Part shown: one piece after another, positions 11,896-25,689 of the stretch
Layout of the letters: each line of letters opens with the position of its first letter
How positions within the stretch are numbered: the stretch's first letter is position 1
Source of the DNA: an uncultured Candidatus Peribacteria bacterium
GTDB lineage: Bacteria > Patescibacteriota > Gracilibacteria > BD1-5 > UBA2023
DNA: 64,000 nucleotides
Direction: 5' to 3'
NCBI GenBank assembly: GCA_964449265.1
Contig: CAYVAG010000001.1
Location: 19,717-83,716 of the forward strand
The notes under the pieces: model-generated
The model's database searches: none
The model's input: only the letters and a program-made list of their open reading frames with translations
Told to the model about the DNA's origin: nothing
Program-made: the position numbers and the translations under genes

Positions 11896-12273
11896 ATGAT
11901 AATCAAACTTGTCGGAACGTGAGAATCTCTCGAAGCAGTGAAAAATCTCGTCAACCAAGCACTCACAGAACTCGCACTCGCTGATGCCGTGAAACTTCAG
12001 GAAACTGATGATCCAGCATACAAGATGGAGCTCGGCATCACCGAAAATCCTGCTCTCTGTATCGAAGAAGAGTCGATCGACTTTCGTGATATGATATTCC
12101 AGGGTGAAGTTCCCGCTTACGATGAGATCAAGAGTATGTTCATCTCTATCCTCGGCGATGATGATGCTCATAGTGAAGGTGGATGTGGAAGCTGTAGTAC
12201 ATGAGGATGTGGAACATGTGGTGACAGCGAAGAAGAGGGTGATGGCTGTGGAACTGGATGCAGTACCCACTAA
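11896..12273 (+). CDS. thioredoxin-fold (Thioredoxin_3-like) protein lacking CXXC, with Cys/Gly-rich C-terminal tail
   Basis: MIIKLVGT-[TGA]-ESLEAVKNLVNQALTELALADAVKLQETDD...PALCIEEE...GEVPAYDEIKSMF matches the small redox-active-disulfide-protein-2 layout, but the CXXC position reads GESL. Tail is GGCGSCSTGGCGTCGDSEEEGDGCGTGCSTH. Confidence 0.6.
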
Positions 12274-12364
12274 AGAAGAACTCTCTTTCTCGTCAAGAGA
12301 AAATCCTTGCGAGGAATAAAAAGAAGTGCTACTCTGTATGAGTAGTATTTTTATTTATACAAAT

Positions 12365-12806
12365 ATGAAAACAAAAATTAATGTTTTTCTCAAAGAGGTA
12401 AGTGAGTATGGATCAGCCCCTTATTATGCTCTAGCAAATCAAGAGACTCACCATAATACTCAAAATACTGTAGAAAACTCTGTAACAGAAGTTTTAGATA
12501 GGCAGAGTAGTCCTACAGAAATTTTAGATACAATATTTACTGATGCTGAGAAATTTCAGAAAATTTTCAATTTGGCAACCAAAAGACACGAAGAAAAACT
12601 GGTAGGACTAACTGGATACGTAAGAATTGAAGAAATCGAAAGATTCACAAAACTCCTTATGACGCTTATGTCAAAACTACCAAATGACGTCCCAGGAAGA
12701 CTAAATTTAGCAGCAGAATCAGCTCGGGCACACTTAGAATACTTGATAGCTCGACTCAAATTAAGTACAGCCACGAGAATGGCATCACTTCATAATGGCA
12801 TCACCC

Positions 12807-12820
<14 letters not shown>
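12365..12820 (+). CDS. hypothetical protein
   Basis: ORF without in-frame TGA. Start uncertain (GTG 12326, ATG 12338 or ATG 12365). By eye it uses TTA/AGA more than neighbours. Its 3' end overlaps the ligA 3' end by 14 nt. Confidence 0.4.
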
Positions 12821-14909
<2,089 letters not shown>

Positions 14910-15406
14910 AGGAGCAATATATCGAAAAAATACAGAAAAGAAATATTGACTTATACATTTATCATAATAATATTCATTTAAATTTATAATATAATCATAT
15001 GCAACTCGAACTTTCTCATCAGTCAGAGATAATATGACCTGGGAGTGATCCCTATCTATACAAGATACGTCCAAGTTCATGAAGGTACACTCCCATATGG
15101 CAGTGATATAGAATGCCTCTCAGAGTCAATGAAACAAGTGCCATAATAAAAGCAAAGATACAGGCCTGATTAGATAATCAATCTTGAATACAAACCTGTC
15201 TCCAAAAAATTTATGGACACTAATAAGCCAAAATTTGAAGAATCGAAAAGGTTCGAAATGCTTATGTGAATACCATGACTGAATATTCTTATAGCAACTA
15301 TTTTTGGTACATATAAGTTAGTAGAATATATTAGAAAGAGAGTGATAGAGAAACTCTCTGGAAAATAAAACATTTTTTTGCCTTTTCCCCATTTTTTCAT
15401 ATAATT

Positions 15407-15430
15407 TTCCCGTTTTCTCGGGGATTTTTT
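15407..15430 (+). terminator. terminator-like hairpin in the ligA-tig intergenic gap
   Basis: TTCCCG-TTTTCT-CGGGGA followed by T6. No convincing upstream ORF. Confidence 0.3.
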
Positions 15431-15467
15431 CTACAAATCCAACCTGCTAACCCACTAACCCTCCATT

Positions 15468-16796
15468 ATGCAATCTACCGTCACTCGCAAAAATAGCTAT
15501 ACCCTCTCGATCAATATCAAGGAATCAGGAGTCGAGCTCGAAAAAGCAAAGAAACACGTCATCGAAGAGATCCGTGCGAAAGGAAAAGTAAAGGGATTTA
15601 AGCAGGGATCTGCTATACCCGATCATGTCATTATCCGTGAGTACGGTGAGGCAGGTATCGAGCAACAGGCTCTCGATGAGCTCATCGGAAAGATCTATCC
15701 GAAAATCCTGAAGAAGGAAAATATCCTCCCCGTCGCTCCAGGAAACATCACAGAGATGAAGAGCAAAGATCCACTCGAGCTCACCCTCGAAGTCGAGGTC
15801 TTCCCTGAGATCGAGATCGACGAGAAAAAAATGAATAAAATCCGAGTCAAGAAAACTGCTGTAAGTGTCGAAGAGTCTGAGGTAGATCTCGAGATCAACG
15901 CGATCAAGGCACGATTTACACACTTTCATGAAGCAGGTCACCATACAGATGACGGAGCAGATACATCTGTTCTTACTATCGAGAAAGGTGATCGCGCGAC
16001 GATCTCTGCACAAGGATACGATAAGAAATGAGGTGAGCCAATCCTCGAGACAAAAGTCCCGAACTATCCTCTCGTGATCTGATCTGGATCATTTATCCCT
16101 GGATTCGAAGAGCATCTTATCGGTGCGAAAGTCGGAGATGAGGTCGCATTCGACATCACTTTCCCGAAGGATTACCACTCAGACGACTTCAAGGGTCGCA
16201 AAGTCCACTTCACCGCCTCTATCGAGAAGATTGAAAAACCACACACTCCAGCATTCGATGAGGAATTTATCGAAAAACTTCGCGGAAAGAAGACGGACAT
16301 GGCAGGATTCCGTGAGATCATCCGTGGTGAGATCGGATCCAAGAAAGAGTACGATGCTCGTACGAAGGATGAGGATGTCCTCATGAAGCAGATGCTCGAG
16401 ATCGCATCATTCGAAGTCGGACCATCACTTCTCGAGAACGAAGTGAACCAAGTCTACAGCGAACATACACAAAATCTCGAACAGCAAGGATACAATATCA
16501 AGCAATATCTCGACCACCTCAAGAAGAGTGAAGATATGTATAAAGATGAGATCGTGAAGCCAGAGGCAGAACGCCGACTCAAGGCTGAGCTCCTCCTTCG
16601 CAAGATCCGCGAGATGAAGGGTACTGAGCCCACAGAAATAGAGATCAAGGAAGAGATCGAGAAAGTCATCTCTCAGTATGGATCAGATGAAGTAGTCACT
16701 CGTCTCCGCGCGAAGCTCGTCCCTGGTGATAGTTACTACGAGGATATCCGGAATCGACTTGCCTATAGAAAAGTCGTCGATGAGTTCTTCGAATAA
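15468..16796 (+). CDS. tig: trigger factor
   Basis: Track ORFs 15468..16031 and 16299..16796 are in one frame with two TGA between them. FKBP-type PPIase core GSFIPGFEEHLIGAKVGDEVAFDITFP. Confidence 0.9.
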
Positions 16797-16802
16797 TAAT
16801 AA

Positions 16803-16829
16803 ATCCCTCCAACTGGAGGGATTATTTTT
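16803..16829 (+). terminator. intrinsic terminator after tig
   Basis: ATCCCTCC-AACT-GGAGGGAT followed by TATTTTT. Confidence 0.7.
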
Positions 16830-16858
16830 GAGTATATTATATAAAATATAATATACTC
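16830..16858. repeat. perfect 13-bp inverted repeat with 3-nt spacer
   Basis: GAGTATATTATAT-AAA-ATATAATATACTC immediately after the tig terminator and about 95 nt upstream of secA. Confidence 0.8.
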
Positions 16859-16952
16859 AATTGTCAACTCCTTCACCTCATTTTCACTCTATGAGATTTG
16901 AAAAGGGAGGACTTTTTCGTATAATACCGCGGATTTTTCTCTACTTATACAC

Positions 16953-19694
16953 ATGAATCTCCTTTCCCTCATATTCTGAGACCCGAGCGCTAAGAAGCTC
17001 AAATCCTATCACAAAGAACTCGATATTATCAAAGGTATCGAATGAAAATTCCGTGAAGAAATAACGAATGTAGAACAGGTTCAAGCGAAAACGCACCAGT
17101 TCCAGTCACTCTTCGAGTGACTCAGTATCGATGATACAGATGAGCGCGTGAAGATTCGCCAGATTCTCGAGTCGATCAAATACGAAGCATTCGCTCTCCA
17201 TAGACGCGCATGTGAGATCATATATGGACAGACATTTGATCTCGGGAATGGACATAGTACAGAGTGGAATATGATCCCTTATGATGTCCAACTCATCGGT
17301 GCTCTCGCACTTCATGAAGGATCGATTGCTGAGATGCGTACAGGTGAAGGAAAAACCCTCGTAGCGACCATAGCAGCATATCTCAATGCTCTCGTTCCAG
17401 CAAGTGTGCATATCGTCACCGTGAACGACTATCTCGCAAGGCGTGATGCAGCCGAAATGGGAATTATCTATAATACTCTCGGGCTCTCTGTGGGAGTGAT
17501 AACACACGGTCAGTCATTCGAAGAAAAAACAAGAGCATATACATCAGACGTTGTCTACGCGACCAATAACGAACTCGGTTTCGACTATCTCCGGGATAAT
17601 ATGGCAATCAGAGAGGATCGCAAGGCTATGGGGAAAAAATGGCTCGCGATCGTCGATGAAGTCGACTCTATCCTCATAGATGAGGCTCGTACTCCCCTGA
17701 TCATATCAGCCCCTGACAGCGAACCCACGAGCAAATATGCACGATTTGCAGCGTTTGCACGATCGCTCAAAGATGAGACTGACTACAAAATCGACGAGAA
17801 GCAAAAAACAGCCACCCTGACAGAAGATGGTATCACGAAGCTCGAACAATACCTCGGAGTAGATAATATCTATGTAAGTCAACACTTCAATGATCTCCAC
17901 CATGTCGAAAATGCCCTGAAAGCATGAGCAGTATACAAGCGAGATATAGATTACCTTGTGCGCAATGACGAAGTCATGATCATCGACGAACACACAGGAC
18001 GTGTACTTCCGGGACGTCGATACTCAGATGGACTTCATCAGGCAATCGAGGCAAAGGAGGCAGTCACTATCCAGCAAGAGTCTCGTACACTTGCATCTAT
18101 CACTTTCCAGAACTATTTCCGCCTCTATCCGAAACTCGCTGGTATGACAGGAACAGCAAAGACAGAGGAAGAAGAATTCTACAAAATCTACCACCTGGAA
18201 GTCATCACCATACCTACCAATAAGCCAATCCGACGTATCGATCGTGGGGATCTTCTTTTCAGGAGTGAAAAATGAAAATATGCCTATCTTGTCCGACTTA
18301 TCAGCGAGCTCTATAAACATGGTCAACCCATACTCGTAGGAACGATATCAGTAGCAAAAAGTGAATACCTCTCGAATCTTCTGGAGAAAGAGAAAATACC
18401 ACACAAAGTACTCAATGCGAAACAAGATGCGTATGAAGCAGATATCATAGCGTGAGCTGGGCAGTATGGTGCTATCACTATCGCGACCAACATGGCGGGA
18501 CGAGGAACAGACATCAAGATCGATGAACGGGTCCGTACACTCACTGGCATAGTAAAGCTCGAGTGAGCTGCTGGACTTCAGGAGTATCCTCTCGGAGGAC
18601 TCTACGTCATCGGTACAGAAAAACATGAAACAAGACGTATAGACAATCAGCTTCGCGGGCGCTCTGGTCGTCAGGGTGATCCTGGACTTTCTCAGTTCAT
18701 GCTCTCTCCACAAGATGACATCATGCGGATTTTTGGAGGCAATAAACTCTTCGGCATACTGGCAAGTTTCGAGAGTCATCCTGAGTATGATCCTCTCATC
18801 GAGTCTAAGATGCTGACGAAAAATATCACCACCATACAGAAGCAAGTAGAAGGACGCAATTTCGATATACGAAAACATATCCTCGAGTATGATGATGTAC
18901 TCAATCACCATCGTCTCGCTATCTACTCACGCCGAGCAAAGATCCTCTCTGGAGCAGATATACATACGGAAGTTCTCGAGATGCTTCGAACTGAGGTAGA
19001 TCGTCTTGTCGAGATAGCGAAGTGAGAGGAAACAGAAATTTCTATAGATAGTATCGGACATATTATAGAGGAGGTGAATCTCTTTGCAGAGACATCTCTC
19101 ATCACCGCTCGTGATCTTGCAAATGCAGATGACTATGACGAGGTAAAGGATCGAGTTTTTTCTCTCCTTTCTGGAAAAATAGAGTGACTTCGAAATACAG
19201 GAACAGAAGAAGAGTTCGCAGAGTTCGAGCGTAGACTTTCACTCGCAGCTATCGATGAGCTTTGGATGAACCATATCGATAGTATGGCACACCTTCGAGA
19301 GGAGGTGGCATTCGAGTGATATGCACAGAAAAATCCACTCATCATATATAAAGAAAAGGCATACGATAAATTCGTCATTCTCGTCAATACTATAGGACTT
19401 CGTGTGACAAAAGGACTTCTCACAGCACGAGCAAAAGAAGGTATAGAAGAGGTCAATATGGAGGAAACCCTCCTCTCAAAATATGCAGAACAAGCTGCTG
19501 CAAGTCTCGATACATCTGCTATATTACAGGCAAGTCATCTCGGACATACTGAGTACCAAGATCCTGAGAGAGAAACTTCTCCTATACATGTAGGAAAGGC
19601 TCTAGAGAAGAATCCTGAATACACTGGCGTAGGCCGGAATGATCCTTGTCCATGTGGAAGTGGCAAGAAATATAAACAATGTCACGGAAAATAG
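16953..19694 (+). CDS. secA: preprotein translocase ATPase SecA
   Basis: 913-aa frame joining five track ORFs through TGA. Walker [31 protein letters not shown]-terminal zinc motif [14 protein letters not shown]. Confidence 0.95.
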
Positions 19695-19727
19695 AATTTC
19701 GAAACTTTTATTCATCATTTACTACTC

Positions 19728-20543
19728 ATGGAGAATCCAAACACAGAAAATAACTTCGAAACAGAAAACTTAAACGAAGGCAATAAGACGATGAGAGAGT
19801 TTATCTCATTCTTTCGAGATTTGATCATTATACTTCTTATTGTCCTTTTCATACGTTCATTTTTTGTCACTCCTTTTCGGATCAATGGAAGTTCTATGGA
19901 AGCAAGTTACCATGATAAAGAATATATCATTGTCGATAAACTCTCTTACCTAAATCTTCCTATAACACATGAGGCGAGTAGTGGAAGTACATGGAACAAT
20001 ATAACCTCCCTTCTTCTGAGAAACATTCCAATTCATATAGGAGATCCTGCACGAGGAGATGTTGTAGTTATTACGCCTCATGTGGATAAGCAGAGAGAAT
20101 ACTATATAAAACGTGTTATCGGACTTCCTGGCGACACTATACGATTCGAAGATGGAAATGTATTTATCAAAAAATGGGATTCTGCCACATTTATAAGGAT
20201 AAATGAATCCTATCTTTCACTTGCGAACTCTGGACAGACACGACTTCCAGAGCATGTTGAGTCAAACGAATTCACTATCCCAGAATGATACTACTGGGTC
20301 ATGGGAGACAATAGAAACAACTCTGCGGATTCCAGGTCGTGCTTTCGTAACTGTATCGGAACTATGACAGTTGCTCACTTTATCAAAAGGAAGGATATAG
20401 TAGGAAAGGTTCTTATCAATCTTGGTTACTACAACATTATCAGTGAATGAGGGCTCCTCTCAGGATGAAAATGGTCGTGGACGTATCCTCCTCGTTTTCT
20501 CTCCCATCCAAGACAATCGAGCTATCCAGAGCTCGGAGAATAG
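19728..20543 (+). CDS. lepB: signal peptidase I
   Basis: N-terminal TM, catalytic Ser box NGSSMEAS, RGDVVV, IKRVIGLPGD, box E YYWVMGDNRNNSADSR. Read through three TGA to TAG 20541..20543. Confidence 0.85.
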
Positions 20544-20544
20544 T

Positions 20545-21405
20545 ATGTTTTTTCTTATAGATAAACCTCTCGGTATGACGAGTTTCGACGTCATACGAAA
20601 ACTCAGGAAAAATCTCCAAATCAAAAAAATGGGGCATACAGGAACACTCGACCCTCTGGCAAGTGGACTCCTGCTTATCGCTACAGGAAATAGTACCAAG
20701 CTTATTCCCCTTCTCGAAAGCGCAAGAAAAGAATACATAGCAACTATAGAACTCAGTGGGTCGTCAGCATCACTCGATAGGGGAACAGATATATTTCCAG
20801 TATCCCTAGAGTCGATGAAAAATCCTACTGATACCGAAATAGAGGAGTTCCTCCTCGGACTCATTTCTCAGATCCCCCCTCAGTATAGCGCACTGCATAT
20901 AGATGGCAGGAGAGCCTATGAGCTAGCCCGAGAGGGTATCGAGTTCGAAATAGAGGAGAGAGCTATACAAGTAGAGAGAGTGAAGGTTCTCTCTCGAAGT
21001 GAAACATCTCTGACGATCGAAATACTCGTATCATCGGGTTGTTATATACGCTCACTTGCTCCAGTAATTTGAGAGTTTTTTGGAGTTAGGGGCTGATATC
21101 TCTCATCCCTCGAGAGAACTCGGATATATACAGAATATGGTGAACTCTCATCTGAAGATGTTTCAGAAATAGAGAATCCAAAGGAAATATCTTATAGTAA
21201 GTTATTTCCTACTTTTCATACTTTAAATATACTACCAAAAACCTATAAAGATATCCTGGAGTGACGGGAGGTTCCAGTCAAAGAATTCTCTAACAACTCT
21301 ATAATAGAGTGACAAAAACTTTTTCTGTCATACAAAGAGACTGACTTTCTCTCTCTCGGAGAGATCCAAGATCAGAAATACAAAATCATAAGAAATAATG
21401 TCTAG
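20545..21405 (+). CDS. truB: tRNA pseudouridine-55 synthase TruB
   Basis: ATG 1 nt after the lepB stop. FLIDKPLGMTSFDV, catalytic-Asp box GHTGTLDPLASGLL, YSALHIDGRRAYELAREG. Four in-frame TGA; stop TAG 21403..21405. Confidence 0.9.
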
Positions 21406-21504
21406 AAAGGATTTCTCTGTATTTTATAGATACCGTATCCACTCCTTCACAGAATCTTTACATATGAGATTTGCAATCGTTCCAGTATTGTATATTCTCT
21501 ATTC

Positions 21505-22002
21505 GTGATTCTTTCTTTTCGCATCTTATTTTCGATCTTTCTTACAGGGATATTTTTTGGTATTCCTCATTTTTCATATGCCAGTACGGGAAAGATTTCT
21601 CCTCTGGTGAGTCTATCTGGAACAGAGCGGAGCATCTCTGGTAGTCTAGAAATACTCGTAGAGAAAAAAACATCCTCATGATCAATCCAAAAAGAAGTAA
21701 GTGAAGAGATAGACAGTGAGGAAGAAGAAAAAATAAAACAAGATATCAATAGTTATATCATAGAGTCCTATAAAGCTCAAGGAACAAAAATTATCAAAGA
21801 CCTCAGCACAAAACTCACAAAAACACTCCCAGATACCAACGAGAGACAGGAAGCCTATAGAAAAATACAAGACTCTCTCGAACTACGGAAAAATCGAATG
21901 GAAAAAGTAAAAATGAGTGAAACGAAGAGACTTATACTCGAAGAATTTCTCAATCATATGATAGATCTTCTTGGGAAGAAGATCGAAGAACTCGAAAAAT
22001 AA
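21505..22002 (+). CDS. hypothetical secreted coiled-coil protein
   Basis: The frame has no ATG. GTG 21505 gives a signal-peptide-like (V)ILSFRILFSIFLTGIFFGIPHFSYAS, then a charged helical region. One in-frame TGA. Confidence 0.4.
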
Positions 22003-22059
22003 AATCTTTCATTGCAAAATGGGAGATTTTTTTATAATAGATAGTATAATCTTCTTTTT

Positions 22060-23241
22060 ATGAATCAAGAACTCTCTCTTTGGACCAAAAAAATCCTCAT
22101 ATTTCTCGGAGTATGTCTTCTCAGTTACCTTCTCTACGCTCTCAGAGATATCATATTTATCGTTGTCATTGCTCTCTTCCTTACGATCATGGTAAATCCA
22201 CTCGTAAATCTCTGAGAAAAATACCGTATACCGGCTTGGCTCACTCTCACAATTGTACTTCTTATCGTATTCCTCCTCGGAAGTATCGTGGTCGGCACAC
22301 TCGTACCGATCATAGTAAACTACATCAGTGATGTGGTCAATGCCGTAAGTAACTGGACGCTCAAAGCAAAAGAAATCTACACGAACGAATGAATACATGG
22401 GTTTCACTTCCATCCCTATATAGAACGGGGCATACTCTTTCTCTTCGGGGAAGCCAATATCGACCATACTCTTGATGTGATCAAGCAAAATGCAGGGAAT
22501 ATCCAAACATTTCTCACCAGTCAGATAAGTACGCTAACAACAGGAGGACTTTCTATAGTGGGGCAGGTGGGTGGTGTTATAGGACTCTGGCTGATCGTGA
22601 TTGTAGCGACATTTCTCATGGTACTTGAGAGACATACGATCGGAAAATATACGCTCTCGCTACTCTGAGAAAAACACGGGAACTACCTGAGAAATCACTA
22701 CTCTGAAACCCAGCATGTTTTCACTGCCTGGCTTAAGGCGACACTTATACTTTCAGCAAGTATATTCACCATGACCTATGTTTGACTCATGGCGATACAT
22801 TATTTCTTTGGTATCGATACTGAGCGTGCATTTACACTCGCTATCATAGGTGGCATCATGGAATTCATCCCCTATGTCTGACCACTTATAGCACTTATCC
22901 CCGCTGCGATCATATGACTAGGACTCGGATGGAAATCTGCAGCTATCATAGTTGCTCTCTACCTCATCATACAGCGAATCGAGAATGATTTCCTCGTCCC
23001 TCAGGTGATGAGTAAAGCACTCGACCTCTCTCCTTTTCTCGTATTCATAGTCATGCTCGCAGGAGCATCGCTCGGAGGAGTTCTCGGTATCATCCTCGCT
23101 ATACCACTTACAGGAATGCTGAGAGTGATAGTGGAAGAATACCGAAAAAAACAATCTCCACAAGCATCCATCGAGAGAGCCGTCACAAAAAAATTGACAA
23201 CCTCTCGAAAAACTATATCATCCAAAACAGTTTCCAAATAA
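22060..23241 (+). CDS. AI-2E family transporter (PerM/UPF0118)
   Basis: 393-aa polytopic frame with eight in-frame TGA. Family-typical C-terminal half ...GGIMEFIPYV-[TGA]-PLIALIPAAII...IENDFLVPQVMSK...GGVLGIILAIPL. Confidence 0.8.
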
Positions 23242-23346
23242 ATTATGCGCACTCTCCAATCTACATATTTCTATTTCTGTTTTTTCTTTCAGTCAGGACT
23301 GAAGGGCAGATTTGTGTAGTCGAGTGATATCGAATATAGAAACCCC

Positions 23347-23375
23347 TCCTTCAGTCACAAGCTGAAGGATTTTTA
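23347..23375 (+). terminator. intrinsic terminator after the AI-2E transporter gene
   Basis: TCCTTCAG-TCACAAG-CTGAAGGA followed by TTTTT. A related hairpin (TTCAGT-CAGG-ACTGAA) lies about 50 nt upstream. Confidence 0.55.
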
Positions 23376-23396
23376 CTTTATTACTCGTTTCTAATT

Positions 23397-23810
23397 ATGC
23401 TCTCGTCTACACCCGGTAATCCATGGAAAAGCCTACAGCAGTGAACTCGTTCTCAAGTACCAGCAATCGTCCATCCCCTTATTCAGTTTAATCCATCTGA
23501 AAGTCTCTATGAGCTGAGGAAAGCACAAAGTCATAGCGATAGAAGGAAATATTTAGGACTCTTAAGTCATAAATATCTCTATATGCTCTGGATGTCTCTC
23601 TATAGCGAACTAAGTGAGAAAATAGAAGACTGACTCAGTGAGAATGATCGTGATATGTTATTAGCATTCGATCAAGAAAGAATAGCAAAGGACATTCCCC
23701 TTCTCGATCATCGTTTGACTATACGTCATGCAAGCTCACGAGATGGAACCTACTATAGCAATATATCGCCTTGGTGAACTATACCATCACCTGCGCCTCT
23801 ATCTCCATAA
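23397..23810 (+). CDS. hypothetical protein (weak call)
   Basis: 137-codon frame with three TGA. No family recognised. Its 3' end overlaps the murE 3' end by 32 nt. Confidence 0.25.
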
Positions 23811-25095
23811 GGATTTTTTCAATCATCTTGCGGTCGTTCCATGGTATCGATCATTTTTGTGTAACTTGAGCCGTCTCTGCACCCTTTCCAGCGGCAATGA
23901 GAATATCTCCAGGGCGAAGCATCAGGAGAGCTGTGCGCAGAGCATCCTCACGATCTGGAATGATCCAAAAACTCTCACCCTCTCTCCGGTCAATACCCAC
24001 TGATACATCACGGATGATAGCAAGAGAATCCTCAGTGTACGTATCGTCGTCAGTGAGGATGATGACATCGGAAAGCAGATGAGCGATACGCCCCATCTTC
24101 GGTCGCTTTGTCTTATCTCGGTCGCCAGTAGCTCAGAAAAGTGTGATGATACGCTTAGTGCCTTCGATCTTTCGCAGAGTTTCGAGGACACTCTTAAGTG
24201 AATCTTCTGTGTGAGCATAGTCGACGAATATCTTCGCAGAGCGATGATTCGGAACTTCTTCGAGTCGTCCAGGCACTCACGCGACACTCGCCATCGTCTT
24301 CACGATCGTCTCGATATCGACTTTTTGGGAGATGAGCACAGACGTTGCTGCAAGGATATTCATGATATTGAACTCTCCTTGGAGTGGAGAATTTATGTGG
24401 AAGGTATTCGATGGCATGCGCACATCGAAGCTCACTCCGTGAGAAGTGTTCTTCGTATTTTCAGCACGCAGAGACGCATTCATAGAGAAACCAAAGGTAT
24501 GCATCGCATCCACGACGATATCTTTCGAGAGAAATCGGGAAGCGTATTCGTTGTCGATATTTACCACTCCGACCTTTCTGACCTCTTTTCTGATCCCGTA
24601 TTTATAGAGATTTTTGAAAAGGAGAAGCTTGGTATCGACATAGTTGTCCATCGTCTTATGGAGGTCGAGGTGATCCTGAGAGATATTGGTCATGACCGCG
24701 ACATCGTAGCGAAGTCCATGGACACGGTGATAGTAGAGAGCATGGCTCGAAGTCTCCATGACGAGATATTCACAGCCTGCCTTTCTCGCACGAGCGATGA
24801 AGTCCCAGACGGCGAAGGGCGATGGAGTGGTCATTTTCAGGGTATTTTCCTGTTCTTCGTCACCGATGATCATATTCACCGTAGTGAACATAGCGACTCG
24901 CTTCCCACTCGCGATGAGTCCGCGAGCCACGAGGTTCGATGTGGTGGTCTTTCCTTTCGTTCCTGTGATACCGATGACGATCATATCCCGAGCAGGATTA
25001 CCAGAAAGCCAAAATGCCAACACACCACGAACATAGTGGTATGTGAGTCGGAGAGGTGAATCGAGGGTGATGAGTTTTCGAAGAAATTGAAGCAT
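23779..25095 (-). CDS. murE: UDP-MurNAc-L-Ala-D-Glu:diamino-acid ligase MurE, short N-terminus
   Basis: P-loop GITGTKGKTTT, MTTPSPF, METSSHAL, NISQDHLDLH, LQGEFNIMNILAA, LFGATGDRDKTKRP, TDDDTYTEDS. Three in-frame TGA. Only about 40 aa precede the P-loop. Confidence 0.88.
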
Positions 25096-25159
25096 GGCTT
25101 GAATTTTATGAGAAAAAGGCTATTATTCAAGGGTATTTTCTTTTTCTCGCTCGACAATC

Positions 25160-25648
25160 ATGCCAAAACTCAAAATCCAAACCTGAGACGACAACGAGAT
25201 CCTCAGATCCGTATCGACTCCCATATCGCCCCAAGAAATCAAAAAGTATCGCTCCCTCGCAGAAGATATGGTAAAACATATAAAAAATCCCGACAATGGC
25301 GGAGTATGACTCGCAGCGCCTCAGGTAGGAGTGAATAAGCGACTCATCGTCGTCTCACTCATGAAAACATATGACGATGAAACATTTCGCACCATCGCGA
25401 TGCTCAATCCTGAGATTCTCGAACATTCAGAAGAAAAGTGTTCTGATAAGGAGGGCTGTCTCTCCGTTCCAGGAGAGTCGTGAGATGTCGAACGTTATAG
25501 TTGGGTAAAGCTCGCATTTCTCGATATCGACGGTCGGAAGTACGCGATGAAGCTCGAAAACCTCGCCGCTCGTATAGTCCAGCATGAAATCGACCACCTC
25601 GATGGAATACTCTTTACCGATAAGGCAGAGAATATCACATTCGCGTAA
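25160..25648 (+). CDS. def: peptide deformylase
   Basis: Motifs GV-[TGA]-LAAPQ, EGCLSVPG, QHEIDHLDG. Three in-frame TGA; TAA stop. Confidence 0.92.
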
Positions 25649-25689
25649 AATTTATAATCCAAGATAATACCGTTCTCTATACTTAGTCC

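Noticed and set aside
15170-15400. 76-aa minus-strand ORF in the ligA-tig gap.
   Set aside because: It has a hydrophobic or low-complexity composition typical of AT-rich noise, no motif, and odd codon usage. It is kept only as part of the unexplained-gap finding.
24211-25059. 282-aa plus-strand ORF.
   Set aside because: It is antisense to murE, whose motifs are unambiguous. The plus-strand product is His/Arg/Asp-rich with no recognisable fold.
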